The notes beneath the pieces were generated by a model. That model saw nothing but the letters and a program-made list of their open reading frames with translations. It was not told the origin of the DNA and did not search any database. The translations under genes and the position numbers were made by a program. Positions 46,212 to 56,262 of a stretch of DNA of 64,000 bases are shown piece by piece. The stretch's first letter is position 1. Every line of letters begins with the position of its first letter. Source of the DNA: Candidatus Curtissbacteria bacterium (GTDB lineage: Bacteria; Patescibacteriota; Microgenomatia; Curtissbacterales; GWA2-41-24). The stretch is taken from positions 3,911 through 67,910 of the forward strand of contig JAUSJC010000005.1 in the NCBI GenBank assembly GCA_030647775.1, given 5' to 3'.

Positions 46212-46583
46212 ATGCCCCAAAATTTTGAAGAGCTGATAGCTATATATAAAAAAGTTATTGAGCCAAAATTACAAAATTGGGCGGTTTTTGAAAATGGTAC
46301 TTGTGTCATCATCTACAATTCCCCAAGGGATTTAAAAGAAGAAGCAACAGAAGTCCTGGAAAAATATGGCCAAATTATACCGGGCACTTCCTCTGCCGAT
46401 TTCACCGTTTTAAAAGTTGATTCCGGCTGGATCGTTGCCGGAGATCAGGCGGGTATTTTAAATTATGTATCGGAAAATGAAGGCAGTGGTAAGGAAGATC
46501 CTGAAATTGGACTTATCGGAAGAAACAAAAAAGAGCAGGATCGCAAAGAATCAAAGATAATTTATATTAATTCCTCCACTTAG
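46212..46583 (+). CDS. hypothetical protein
   Basis: ORF track only. Confidence 0.4.
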   Translation: MPQNFEELIAIYKKVIEPKLQNWAVFENGTCVIIYNSPRDLKEEATEVLEKYGQIIPGTSSADFTVLKVDSGWIVAGDQAGILNYVSENEGSGKEDPEIGLIGRNKKEQDRKESKIIYINSST

Positions 46584-46598
46584 GAAAATTATGACAAG

Positions 46599-47057
46599 TT
46601 ACTTAACTGCAATAAGTTCTAGTTCAAAAACCAAAATGGAGTTGGCGGGAATTCCGGGGATATCCCGGCCACCGTATGCCAAATCCGAAGGAATTGTAAG
46701 CTTCCGCCTGCCGCCGGCTTTCATTCCGATAACTCCCTCATCCCAGCCTTTTATTACCTGCCCAACACCAATCTGCGTCGTAAACGGCGTACCGCGGTCA
46801 TAAGAACTGTCAAATTTTGTTCCGTCGGTTAAAGTCCCTTTGTAGTTTATGGTCACCGTATCGCCGCTTTTAACCTCCGGCCCGCTGCCAACTTGAATAT
46901 CTTCTATCTTAAGGCCGGATGGTACTGCGCCTTGAGTCGCCTGTACCGGCAAATTTATATTTGTGTCTGTCATTTTTTCTTCGCTTTTACGGGTAACCAA
47001 AAATCCGAAAGTTATTAGAACAACAATGGCAAAAACTACAGTAATTTTCTTCGACAT
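46599..47057 (-). CDS. FKBP-type peptidyl-prolyl cis-trans isomerase, membrane-anchored or secreted
   Basis: FKBP signature VTINYKGTLTDGTKFDSSYDRGTPFTTQIGVGQVIKGWDEGVIGMKAGGRRKLTIPSDLAYG; N-terminal TM or signal peptide. Confidence 0.85.
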   Translation of the reverse strand: MSKKITVVFAIVVLITFGFLVTRKSEEKMTDTNINLPVQATQGAVPSGLKIEDIQVGSGPEVKSGDTVTINYKGTLTDGTKFDSSYDRGTPFTTQIGVGQVIKGWDEGVIGMKAGGRRKLTIPSDLAYGGRDIPGIPANSILVFELELIAVK

Positions 47058-47135
47058 TATTTAGTCTAGCAAATGATAACGCGTAATGTAATAATCCGCA
47101 TCCACACCAATCTTGCCAACAGCCAAAAGGCAACC

Positions 47136-48182
47136 TTAAATAATTCCTCTAGCCTTAAGAAGTTCGGCGTTTAAAATCGCCGCCCCGGCTGCCCCGCGTA
47201 TTGTGTTGTGAACCAGTAGAACTAAATTAATATCCAAGACGTTAGATTCTCTAATTCTACCAACAATAATCGACATTCCGCCGTTTATGTCTCTATCCAA
47301 AACCGGCTGCGGTCTGTTTGCCTCTTCCACCACCACAATTGGCTCTTTCGGCGCCGACGGCAAACCCAATTTTTGCGGCAAGCCCCGAAAGTTTTTCAAA
47401 ACTCTAGTTACCTGCGTGGTTGTTACCCTCTTTTTAAAACCAATGCTTAAAGTTTCTGTGTGCCCATCACGCACACTTACCCTATTGCAATGGGCATCAA
47501 TTTTAAAAGATGCAAATTTCACCTCGTTACCATAAACCTTACCCAAAAGCTTTAGCGGTTCCACCTCGACTTTTTCTTCCTCGTCTTCAATATATGGCAC
47601 CACATTATCAACAGCATCGAGCGCCGAAACCCCGGGGTAGCCAGCACCAGATAGTGCCTGCATCGAAGTCATAACTACCCGCTCTACGCCAAAGGCTTCG
47701 TCCAATGGTTTTAGAACCATCGCCAAACCAACCGTCGTACAGTTGGGGTTCGTGACAATAAAGCCGTCTCCCCCAAACCTTTTTTTCTGAAATTCAATTA
47801 ATTTTATTTGGTCTGGATTAACTTCACCAATCAAAAGCGGCACATCGCTATCCATCCGATGATTTTTAGAGTTACTAATAACCGCATATCCGGCTCTGGC
47901 AAAATTCTCTTCTATTTCTCCGGCTACAGTTGAATCCAAACCGCTGAAAACCACCTTCGCCCCGGTGTTCGCCTCACAAGTTTTAACTTCTAAGTTGGCC
48001 GCATTAGCCGGCAGTTTTGTTGGCAGTCTCCACAAAACTACGTCTTTATAAGACTTACCCGCACTTCGCTCAGAAGCGCAAAGATCGGTAATTTCAAAAT
48101 AAGAATGATTTTCAAGTAGCTGAACAAATCTTTGGCCAACAGCACCGGTTGCCCCCAAAATTCCAACAGGAATTCTCTTCAT
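47136..48182 (-). CDS. asd: aspartate-semialdehyde dehydrogenase
   Basis: Rossmann N-terminus VGILGATGAVGQRF and active-site Cys region (GLAMVL follows the active-site Cys region); 4-bp overlap with dapA. Confidence 0.9.
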   Translation of the reverse strand: MKRIPVGILGATGAVGQRFVQLLENHSYFEITDLCASERSAGKSYKDVVLWRLPTKLPANAANLEVKTCEANTGAKVVFSGLDSTVAGEIEENFARAGYAVISNSKNHRMDSDVPLLIGEVNPDQIKLIEFQKKRFGGDGFIVTNPNCTTVGLAMVLKPLDEAFGVERVVMTSMQALSGAGYPGVSALDAVDNVVPYIEDEEEKVEVEPLKLLGKVYGNEVKFASFKIDAHCNRVSVRDGHTETLSIGFKKRVTTTQVTRVLKNFRGLPQKLGLPSAPKEPIVVVEEANRPQPVLDRDINGGMSIIVGRIRESNVLDINLVLLVHNTIRGAAGAAILNAELLKARGII

Positions 48183-49069
48183 ACCAAAGACAGGTTTTTC
48201 AGAGTTTTAACCAAAACTTCCTTATTTTTTGCTTGCATTGGAACCAAGGGCAAGCGGAAATTTTCGCCAATTCTGCCCATCAAGGCAAGCGCCGTTTTTA
48301 CGGGAATCGGGTTGGTTTCAATAAAATTGACGTTCATTAAATCTAAAAGTTTATAGTGGATATCTTTTGCCTTTTTAAAATTTCCCGAAAGAGCGGCAGA
48401 AACCATCTCGCTCATCTGTCGTGGAACCTCATTGGCCACAACCGAAATAACGCCGTCTCCCCCAACTGCCAAAAGCGGCAAGGTCAGGGCATCATCACCG
48501 GAAAGCACTGAAAAATCGCGGCCAGTACCTTTTATAATATCCATCATTTGCCCTAAGTTACCTGATGCTTCCTTAACCCCGACAACCTGTGGTACCTCTT
48601 TGGCAATTTGAATAACTACATCTGCTGAAACATTTGAACCAGTTCTTCCCGGAACATTGTAAAGAATAATCGGCAAATCAACTGCTTTTGCTATCGCCTT
48701 GTAATGGGCAACCAATCCCGCATTTGTCGGCTTGTTGTAATAGGGAGAAACATGCAAAAGGACGTCGGCTCCGGCTTCTTTGGCAATTTGCGAAAGATGG
48801 ATCGCCCTTGCCGTATCGTTACTGCCAGCTCCGGCGATAACCGGAATTTTCCCGCCTACTACATCAACCGTTGTTCTTACAACCAGCTCGTATTCTTCTA
48901 AATCTAAGGTGGCGGCCTCTCCCGTTGAACCGCATGGCACAATAGCAGAAACCGCGCCTGTTACTAAAAATTTAATCAGCTTTCTAAGCGCGCCAATATC
49001 AACATTCCCCTTCTCGTCAAACGGGGTAACCATAGCCGGGATCACACCGCTAATTTTGGTAAGTCTCAT
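48179..49069 (-). CDS. dapA: 4-hydroxy-tetrahydrodipicolinate synthase
   Basis: GVIPAMVTPF...VPCGSTGE and Schiff-base lysine region YNVPGRTG. Confidence 0.9.
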   Translation of the reverse strand: MRLTKISGVIPAMVTPFDEKGNVDIGALRKLIKFLVTGAVSAIVPCGSTGEAATLDLEEYELVVRTTVDVVGGKIPVIAGAGSNDTARAIHLSQIAKEAGADVLLHVSPYYNKPTNAGLVAHYKAIAKAVDLPIILYNVPGRTGSNVSADVVIQIAKEVPQVVGVKEASGNLGQMMDIIKGTGRDFSVLSGDDALTLPLLAVGGDGVISVVANEVPRQMSEMVSAALSGNFKKAKDIHYKLLDLMNVNFIETNPIPVKTALALMGRIGENFRLPLVPMQAKNKEVLVKTLKNLSLV

Positions 49070-49807
49070 CTAAATTTTCTCCTTATCGAAAACTTGTTCG
49101 AACGAATAAATTCCTTTTTTATTTTTTATAAATTCGGCTGCCAAAAGCGCTCCCTGCGCAAAACCTCGCCGGCTGTGCGCCTGATGCGATAATTTTACTT
49201 CATCGGCCGCGCTGTCAAATACTACCTCATGAAATCCAAAATTATTTCCGCCTCGCACCGATGCAAAGTGTAACTCCTCTTCTTTAATTTGTCTATCGAG
49301 TTTTTCGAAATTGGCGACTTTCTTCTTGCCAAAATTGGCAATCACCAAATCGGTAATTTTTCGAGCCGTGCCGCTCGGGCTATCCTTCTTACCAGAATGA
49401 TGCATCTCCAAACCATAAACATCATACCCGCCGTATTTATCAAATAATTTGCTACTATAAGAAACTATTTTGAAAAAAATATTGGCCCCCACCGAAAAGT
49501 TCTTGGCGTAAATTAACCCGCCTTTACTCTTTTCCACAAGCCCTTTTACCGCGGCAAAATTATCATACCAGCCGGTTGTCCCGACAACTATCTTTGTCCC
49601 CAAAGCTAAAATTTCTTTGATATTGGAAAGAACAATTTCCCCTGATGTAAAATCGACAGCCACATCTGCCCTCTTGATTCCTTCTTTGTCTAGCCTATCT
49701 GTTTTGCTTTTAAAACTTATGGAAACAATCTTATGACCGCTTACTTCGTCAAGCAGTTTCTCAAGCTCTTGCCCCATATTGCCATAACCAACTAGCGCTA
49801 TTTTCAT
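49070..49807 (-). CDS. dapB: 4-hydroxy-tetrahydrodipicolinate reductase
   Basis: MKIALVGYGNMGQEL Rossmann fold and operon context. Confidence 0.85.
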   Translation of the reverse strand: MKIALVGYGNMGQELEKLLDEVSGHKIVSISFKSKTDRLDKEGIKRADVAVDFTSGEIVLSNIKEILALGTKIVVGTTGWYDNFAAVKGLVEKSKGGLIYAKNFSVGANIFFKIVSYSSKLFDKYGGYDVYGLEMHHSGKKDSPSGTARKITDLVIANFGKKKVANFEKLDRQIKEEELHFASVRGGNNFGFHEVVFDSAADEVKLSHQAHSRRGFAQGALLAAEFIKNKKGIYSFEQVFDKEKI

Positions 49808-51154
49808 TTAGCTTTTACCTCCCACGTTCATTTTTTTGACCAGCAACTTGTTATGCAAAACCCGCACGGCCTGCTCAACTTGATCGTATTGTACCACCAG
49901 GCTCACATTTATATCTGTTGCCCCCAAAGAAACCATCTTCACCAGAATTCGCTGCCTGTCCAAAATCTCAAATATTTTTTTAATAGAAAGGCTCGAAGTT
50001 ACAATCCCCTCACCGATTAAAGAAACCATTCCCAGGTTGCGGTTAACAGTTACTTGGGCAAATTCCGAAAGCTTGCTGGTAACCTTGTTAAGGTCTTCGC
50101 CATCTTCTAAAGTAACCGAAACGCTAACCTCCGAAACACTAACCAAATCAATAGAAATATTACTATTTGCAAAAACTGCAAAAATTCTTGCCAAAAAACC
50201 TTTTGAAAAAAGCATTGCTGTTGAATAAATATTAACTAGTGTAATTTTCCTTTTGTAAGAAACGGCAGTAATCGGGTTTTTCAGATCCGGTTTATCCAAA
50301 ATTAAAGTTCCGGCGGATTTTGGATTTAAGGTATTTAGAACTCGAACAGGAATCCCCGCTTTTACCGCCGGCCTAATACTTCTTGGGTGCAAGACTTTTG
50401 CTCCAAAAGCCGCCAGCTCGGAAGCTTCTTTAAAAGAAACTTGGGCAATGACACGCGCCCGCTTTACAATTTTTGGGTCAGCGGTAAAGATTCCATCAAC
50501 ATCCGTCCAGATCTGAATTTCGGAAGCTCTAAGGCAAAAACCGATTATTGCCGCCGAATAATCAGAGCCCCCTCTTCCAAGAGTCGTAATCTCGCCGCTT
50601 TTTGTCGAACCGATATACCCGGTAACAACAGGGACAACGCCGCCAGAAATAAGCGGTTTTAAAATCTTCCTTACTTTTGTTACCGTTGGCCCTGGCAAAA
50701 ATTCCGCCGCCCCGAAATTATTATCAGTAACAATTAAATCATTGGCCACTACTTGCTCTGCCCTTATCCCCGATCTTTTAAGAAATCTCGCCACAATGTA
50801 AGAAGAAATCACCTCACCCGTGGCAAGCACTCTATCTAAATCGGATTTTTCCCTTCCGGCGCGGCCAAGCAATTTTTCAATCTCCGCGAGTTTGGAGTCG
50901 ATATAGAGGCAAACATCCACCAGTTCGTCTCCTTTGAATAGGTCGCTTGCCAAATCTTTGTGCACCCGCCGAATCTCGCGAAGAGTTGAATTTCTATTCC
51001 TGGCAAAAGCCGCGATCAGCAAATCTGTTATGCCACCTACTGCCGAAACCACCACTATCGGTTTTCTCGCCAACTTGCCTTTAATAATCTCGCGAAGAGT
51101 TTTTACTCTTGAGACAGTTGAAAGCGATGTACCACCAAATTTTGTAACAATCAT
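49808..51154 (-). CDS. lysC: aspartate kinase
   Basis: MIVTKFGGTSL amino-acid-kinase N-terminus and C-terminal ACT domains. Confidence 0.9.
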   Translation of the reverse strand: MIVTKFGGTSLSTVSRVKTLREIIKGKLARKPIVVVSAVGGITDLLIAAFARNRNSTLREIRRVHKDLASDLFKGDELVDVCLYIDSKLAEIEKLLGRAGREKSDLDRVLATGEVISSYIVARFLKRSGIRAEQVVANDLIVTDNNFGAAEFLPGPTVTKVRKILKPLISGGVVPVVTGYIGSTKSGEITTLGRGGSDYSAAIIGFCLRASEIQIWTDVDGIFTADPKIVKRARVIAQVSFKEASELAAFGAKVLHPRSIRPAVKAGIPVRVLNTLNPKSAGTLILDKPDLKNPITAVSYKRKITLVNIYSTAMLFSKGFLARIFAVFANSNISIDLVSVSEVSVSVTLEDGEDLNKVTSKLSEFAQVTVNRNLGMVSLIGEGIVTSSLSIKKIFEILDRQRILVKMVSLGATDINVSLVVQYDQVEQAVRVLHNKLLVKKMNVGGKS

Positions 51155-51156
51155 GC

Positions 51157-52407
51157 CTAGAGATTTGAAAAATCTAAAGTCGCAAAGTAATCTTTGACAG
51201 TTTCTGCTCTTCTTATCTCCTCTACCTTACCGTTTGCCTTAAGCAGAAGTTCTGCCGACCTTAATTTTCCATTGTAATTAAAACCCATCGCATGTCCATG
51301 GGCCCCGGTGTCGTGGATAACCAAGATGTCTCCAATTTCAATTTTGGGCAAGCTTCTATCAACGGCGAATTTGTCATTATTCTCGCAAAGCGAACCGACA
51401 ACATCATATGTACGGGATTTTCTGGATTTTTCCTTCCCTAAAACTGTAATGTGGTGATATGCCCCGTACATTCCCGGCCTCATCAAATTGGCCATACAGG
51501 CATCTACCCCAATGTACTTTTTGTAAATATCTTTTTTATGAAGAACCGTTGTCACTAAATATCCATAAGGCCCGGTAATCATCCGGCCGTTTTCCATAAA
51601 AATTTTAAGCGGTGCCATCCCTCTTCCCGCAACTTTCGTCTCGTATAACTTTTTGACCCCCCGCGAGATAAAACCTAAATCAACAGGTTTTTGCCCCGGT
51701 CTATAGGGAATTCCAACTCCGCCGCCAATATTAATAAATTCAAACTTTATCCCTAGCTTTTGCGAGATTTCATATGCCAAATCGATAAGCATCTTTGCTG
51801 TTTCTATAAAATAATTTGCATTAAGTTCATTGGAAGCAACCATCGTGTGCATCCCGAATCTTTTGATTCCCTTATCGGAAACTTTCTTGTAAGCTTCAAA
51901 CATCTGTTCGCGCGTCAAACCATACTTTGCCTCTTCTGGCTTACCGATAATCACATTCCCCTTCCTCAAAGGGCCTGGGTTATAACGGAAACAAATAATC
52001 TGCGGTAACCCCGCATGTTTTTCTAAAAACTCAATATGGGAAATATCATCTAAATTAATAATCGCCCCAAGCTCTTTTGCCTTTTTATATTCGGCAGCCG
52101 GAGTTTCATTTGAAGAAAACATAATTTTCTCACCAACTATCCCAACCTTTTGAGCTAGCATTAGCTCTGGAAGCGAACTGCAATCTAAACCAAACCCGCT
52201 CTCGCCTAAAATTTTTAAAATGTAAGGATTTGGGCAAGCTTTAACGGCAAAAAATTCACCAAAACCCTTGTTCCAGGAAAAGGTCTTTAAAAGCTTTTTT
52301 GCGTTCGCCCGAGTACTCTTCTCGTCATAAATATGAAAAGGTGTTGGATAATCTTTTATAATTTTCTCAATCTGTGCTTTTGTAAAAGGCGGCGTTTTTT
52401 GGGTCAT
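51157..52407 (-). CDS. lysA: diaminopimelate decarboxylase (PLP-dependent, Orn/DAP/Arg decarboxylase fold)
   Basis: PLP-binding lysine region FFAVKACPNP; ...GPLCE motif-bearing C-terminal beta-sandwich; operon context. Confidence 0.85.
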   Translation of the reverse strand: MTQKTPPFTKAQIEKIIKDYPTPFHIYDEKSTRANAKKLLKTFSWNKGFGEFFAVKACPNPYILKILGESGFGLDCSSLPELMLAQKVGIVGEKIMFSSNETPAAEYKKAKELGAIINLDDISHIEFLEKHAGLPQIICFRYNPGPLRKGNVIIGKPEEAKYGLTREQMFEAYKKVSDKGIKRFGMHTMVASNELNANYFIETAKMLIDLAYEISQKLGIKFEFINIGGGVGIPYRPGQKPVDLGFISRGVKKLYETKVAGRGMAPLKIFMENGRMITGPYGYLVTTVLHKKDIYKKYIGVDACMANLMRPGMYGAYHHITVLGKEKSRKSRTYDVVGSLCENNDKFAVDRSLPKIEIGDILVIHDTGAHGHAMGFNYNGKLRSAELLLKANGKVEEIRRAETVKDYFATLDFSNL

Positions 52408-52408
52408 A

Positions 52409-53632
52409 TCAAATTTTTAAGTTTTGGTAAATACTCTCTACTGCTTTTTGAATATTTTCTCGATGTCCAAAGGCGCTAAGCCTTAAATAGCCCTCCCCGC
52501 TGAATCCGAAACCAGATCCCGGAATTCCAACCACGTGAGCTTCCAAAAGGAGCTTATCAAAAAAATCCCAGGATTTCATGTTGCCTGGCGTTTTAAGCCA
52601 GATATAAGGAGCATTATCTCCGCCAAAAGACTTAAGACCCATTTTACTAAGAGTTTTTTTAATCATTCTCGCATTACCCATATAATAATCGACTACTTTT
52701 TGGCTTTGGCTGACACCTTTTGGTGAAAGTACTGCCAATCCCCCTTCCTGGGCAATGTTAGAAGCTCCATTGAACATGGTCGTCTGCCTTCTGTTCCAAA
52801 GCATATTTAGTTTTCCTTGGGGTGAATTTTTGCAGACTAAGCCCATGGGAACAACTGTCCAGCCAAGCCGTACTCCGCAAAATCCCGCCCATTTTGAAAA
52901 ACTATTAATCTCAATGGCGCATTCTTTTGCTCCCGGAACTTCGTAGACACTTCTTGGAAGTTTAGGGTCTGAGATATAAGCGAAATAAGCAGCGTCAAAA
53001 ACTATAACGGCTTTTGTCTTTACGGCAAAGTCTACAAAATTTTTTAATTGTTTTTTAGTCGCAACAGCACCTGTAGGATTATTAGGACTACAGATATAAA
53101 TTAGGTCTACTTTCCTCTTGGGTAAATCTGGGAAAAATCCATTTTCTTCATTGCACGGCAGATAGACAAGGCCCTTATATTTACCCCCGGAAAACTCTCC
53201 TGTTCTTCCGGCAATAACATTACTGTCGACATAAACCGGATAAACGGGATCGCAAACCGCGATGACACTATCTTTGCTGAAAAGAGATTGTATGTTCGCC
53301 GAATCGGATTTGGCCCCATCGCTTATAAAAATCTCGCCCGGATCTAAAAAAACCTTACGCTTCTGATACCATTTACCAAGCGTTTCCCTGAGCAGTAAAT
53401 TACCTTGCTCATCACCATAACCGCTGTATGTCTCAACCCGCGATAACTTTTCTACGCCTTTTGCCAAACCATTAATCACAGCCGGAACAAGAGGTTCTGT
53501 TGTATTGCCTATCCCGAGCCGAAGGATTTCGATATCCGGATTTTTATTGGCGAACTCTTTTGTTCTCCTGGCGATTTCCGAAAACAAATATCCGGCAGCG
53601 AGCTTGTCAAAGTTCGTATTGATTGTCGCCAT
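52409..53632 (-). CDS. dapL: LL-diaminopimelate aminotransferase
   Basis: MATINTNFDKLAAGYLFSEIARR N-terminus typical of DapL; class I aminotransferase fold; first gene of the lysine operon. Confidence 0.8.
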   Translation of the reverse strand: MATINTNFDKLAAGYLFSEIARRTKEFANKNPDIEILRLGIGNTTEPLVPAVINGLAKGVEKLSRVETYSGYGDEQGNLLLRETLGKWYQKRKVFLDPGEIFISDGAKSDSANIQSLFSKDSVIAVCDPVYPVYVDSNVIAGRTGEFSGGKYKGLVYLPCNEENGFFPDLPKRKVDLIYICSPNNPTGAVATKKQLKNFVDFAVKTKAVIVFDAAYFAYISDPKLPRSVYEVPGAKECAIEINSFSKWAGFCGVRLGWTVVPMGLVCKNSPQGKLNMLWNRRQTTMFNGASNIAQEGGLAVLSPKGVSQSQKVVDYYMGNARMIKKTLSKMGLKSFGGDNAPYIWLKTPGNMKSWDFFDKLLLEAHVVGIPGSGFGFSGEGYLRLSAFGHRENIQKAVESIYQNLKI

Positions 53633-53685
53633 GAACCAAATTTTATCCTAATATCGTACCATTAACAAATCGGGGTAGATCCAAA

Positions 53686-54837
53686 CTAACTACGAATGGC
53701 AGAGGCAACCGCGCCAACGACCCTCTTATCAAACGGGGAAGGCAATATCTCGTGTCGGCTGGGCTTCTTGACAAGACTGGCCAATTTAACAGCTGCTTCA
53801 ATTTTCATCGAAGTTGTGATCTTAGACACTTTGTTTCCCAATGCACCCTTAAAAACACCTGGAAATACCAGAAGATTATTTATCTGGTTTTCGAAGTCAG
53901 ACCTGCCGGAAGCAGCAATATACGCGCCACTGGCAATTGCCTCATTAGGCAAAATCTCCGGGTCTGGATTGGCCATCGCAAAAACAACAGGTTTTGTTGC
54001 CATACTGGCAATCATCTCACCAGTAATCTTACCCCCCGTCGAAACCCCGATTAAAACATCGGCACCTAAAACTGCCTCTTCCAACCCACCTATCAAATTC
54101 CCGGGGTTGGTAATTCTTGCCAGGTCTACTTTATTTGCGTCAAGATCGTCTCTCCTATTACTTATCAGACCTTTACTGTCACAAACTAAAATATTGCCAA
54201 TCCCATATGCGACCAGAAGTCTAGCAATTCCGCTGCCGGCAGCCCCTGCGCCAATAATTACAATCTTAACTTTTGCAAGATTCTTACCGACAACCGAGAT
54301 AGCGTTAATAAGAGCGGCCAAAACAGCAATCGCCGTCCCGTGTTGATCATCATGCATAACAGGAATATCCAAAAGTTCAACTAGTCTGCTTTCAATTTCA
54401 AAGCATCGCGGAGCAGAAATATCCTCCAGCTGAATTCCTCCAAATACCGGAGAAATATTTTTCACTGTTTTGATTATTTCCTCAACGTCCTGGGTTGCCA
54501 AAACAATCGGAAACGCATTAACACCTGCAAACTCCTTATAAATCATGGCTTTCCCCTCCATTACCGGAATTGCGCCTTCTGCTCCAATATTTCCCAGCCC
54601 CAAAACTGCCGAACCGTCGGAAACTATTGCTACCGTATTGTTTTTGATTGTGAAATCTCGCGTCTTTCCTCTATGCTTTGCCAAATAAGCAGAAACCGCG
54701 CCAACACCTGGAGTGTAAAAGATGTTTAAATCGCTTCTGCTTTTGACTGGCGCCTTGCTCTTGATCTCGATTTTCCCGCCCAGCGCCAAATGAGCATCAA
54801 TCGCCTCTCTTGATATTTTTTTCTTGTCCTGTGCCAT
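53686..54837 (-). CDS. maeA: NAD(P)-dependent malic enzyme (small prokaryotic form)
   Basis: FYTPGVGAVSAYLAKH and the Rossmann domain VIIGAGAAGSGIARLL. Confidence 0.85.
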   Translation of the reverse strand: MAQDKKKISREAIDAHLALGGKIEIKSKAPVKSRSDLNIFYTPGVGAVSAYLAKHRGKTRDFTIKNNTVAIVSDGSAVLGLGNIGAEGAIPVMEGKAMIYKEFAGVNAFPIVLATQDVEEIIKTVKNISPVFGGIQLEDISAPRCFEIESRLVELLDIPVMHDDQHGTAIAVLAALINAISVVGKNLAKVKIVIIGAGAAGSGIARLLVAYGIGNILVCDSKGLISNRRDDLDANKVDLARITNPGNLIGGLEEAVLGADVLIGVSTGGKITGEMIASMATKPVVFAMANPDPEILPNEAIASGAYIAASGRSDFENQINNLLVFPGVFKGALGNKVSKITTSMKIEAAVKLASLVKKPSRHEILPSPFDKRVVGAVASAIRS

Positions 54838-54847
54838 TTGAATTAAA

Positions 54848-55570
54848 CTAACTTTCCGGATACATTTTGATTGCCTTCTGTCTTGCCGCTTCCAAAATTT
54901 TCTCTTCCCCCGCTAGAACAATCGGTGGCCTTATAAGTTCGTGAACGTTGCTGCTTGCTATGTCTTTTAAAAGTTCTATCTGCACTCTATGCTCAATCGG
55001 CAGCGCCCTCTTTTGCAAAGTTTCGGCGCTGTCACCCGCCATAATCTCCACTCTGGCAGATTTCACAACTGCACCCGCATCCATATCTCTTTCCGCCCTT
55101 TGCGCGACAACCTCTGTCCACATCTCTCCCCCAGTCAATTTTCTAAACTCTAAAACTGCCGCGTGAACAGCAGTCCCATACATCCCTTTTCCGCCAAACT
55201 CTGGAATTGGTCCTGGGTGTTGATTAAAAATCATTCCGCTGTAAGCATCCGTCACAACATTCGGCGTCCATGGATACCAGCCGTTCTGCATTACCACATC
55301 AACTTTTCTTTTTTTAAGTTCTTTTATTATTGCTTCCCCAAATTTCTCCTGATCCACTTTTCCACCGACTCGAAAATCGTCCGGGTTAATAACCACAATA
55401 TCCTCCGCGGGAATCCCCAACTTTTTGGCCTTTTCTATGCCGCCAGAGTTTGGGTTGCTGGAAATAACGCATACAAGATCAAACGGAATTTCCCCGGAAA
55501 GGCACGCTTTGCCGATTGCCTCCATCGTCGTCCCCCCACCGGAAATTAAACTGGCCAGCCGCATTTTCAC
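54848..55570 (-). CDS. purN: phosphoribosylglycinamide formyltransferase-like (formyl_trans_N)
   Basis: LISGGGTTMEAIGKAC parallels the PurN ISGNGSNLQAII motif; N.HP..LP.F catalytic region present. Confidence 0.65.
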   Translation of the reverse strand: MKMRLASLISGGGTTMEAIGKACLSGEIPFDLVCVISSNPNSGGIEKAKKLGIPAEDIVVINPDDFRVGGKVDQEKFGEAIIKELKKRKVDVVMQNGWYPWTPNVVTDAYSGMIFNQHPGPIPEFGGKGMYGTAVHAAVLEFRKLTGGEMWTEVVAQRAERDMDAGAVVKSARVEIMAGDSAETLQKRALPIEHRVQIELLKDIASSNVHELIRPPIVLAGEEKILEAARQKAIKMYPES

Positions 55571-56250
55571 CCTCGCATTATACCAATCCGAAGTTTGCTC
55601 AAAAATTTAAGGACTAAAATCGCCGCAATGTCGAGCGCTATCGGCACAAACATTAACTTACTCCCGGATTGCATAACCGGCAAAAATCCATTCACCAAAA
55701 ATTCTAAATTGATCGCGGTTATTCGAAAACCCACAAAATACAAAAACCCGAAAACCACCGCAACAACCACGACCAGCTCCAGAACCCCCTCCATGTCACG
55801 CTTACTGGAAAACATAGTGTTGCCGATTTCAAAAACAATGTAGCCGCCAAGCAGTTTCCCCCACCAAATATCCAAAAACCCCAGTTTCCCCAAAAGCGCC
55901 AGAGAGAAAACTAAAAGAATCGTCCCGATTAAAAATGGCGCCGCGCCGATAGCAAACATCCTGAATGGATCCGCTTCCCCAACCGGCACGCTTCCGAGTT
56001 TTATACCCTTCCCCTCAATTTTTGGCATTAGCTCTATATCTCCAACCGGGACCCTTAATATTTCTGCCATAAATACATGAGCCATCTCGTGAACTATCGT
56101 CCCGGGTAAAAAAACGAAAGCTAAAAAGTAAACCGTCCACTTCCTGCTTTTAGTCACTCTGTAAAATAACCGGCCCAAATCCGAAATTAAAATTTTGGAA
56201 AGAATAAATAAAAAGATAAGTTCGCCAAAAAAACGCAGGACAAATTGCAT
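55567..56250 (-). CDS. membrane metalloprotease, M50/site-2-protease-like
   Basis: HEMAH (HExxH) embedded in a TM helix; polytopic. Confidence 0.45.
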   Translation of the reverse strand: MQFVLRFFGELIFLFILSKILISDLGRLFYRVTKSRKWTVYFLAFVFLPGTIVHEMAHVFMAEILRVPVGDIELMPKIEGKGIKLGSVPVGEADPFRMFAIGAAPFLIGTILLVFSLALLGKLGFLDIWWGKLLGGYIVFEIGNTMFSSKRDMEGVLELVVVVAVVFGFLYFVGFRITAINLEFLVNGFLPVMQSGSKLMFVPIALDIAAILVLKFLSKLRIGIMRG

Positions 56251-56262
56251 CCTATACCCATC

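Noticed and set aside
53633-53685. Lysine riboswitch (L-box) ahead of the dapL-lysA-lysC operon
   Set aside because: Spacer is only ~50 nt, far shorter than an L-box aptamer, and the operon appears co-oriented with upstream genes.
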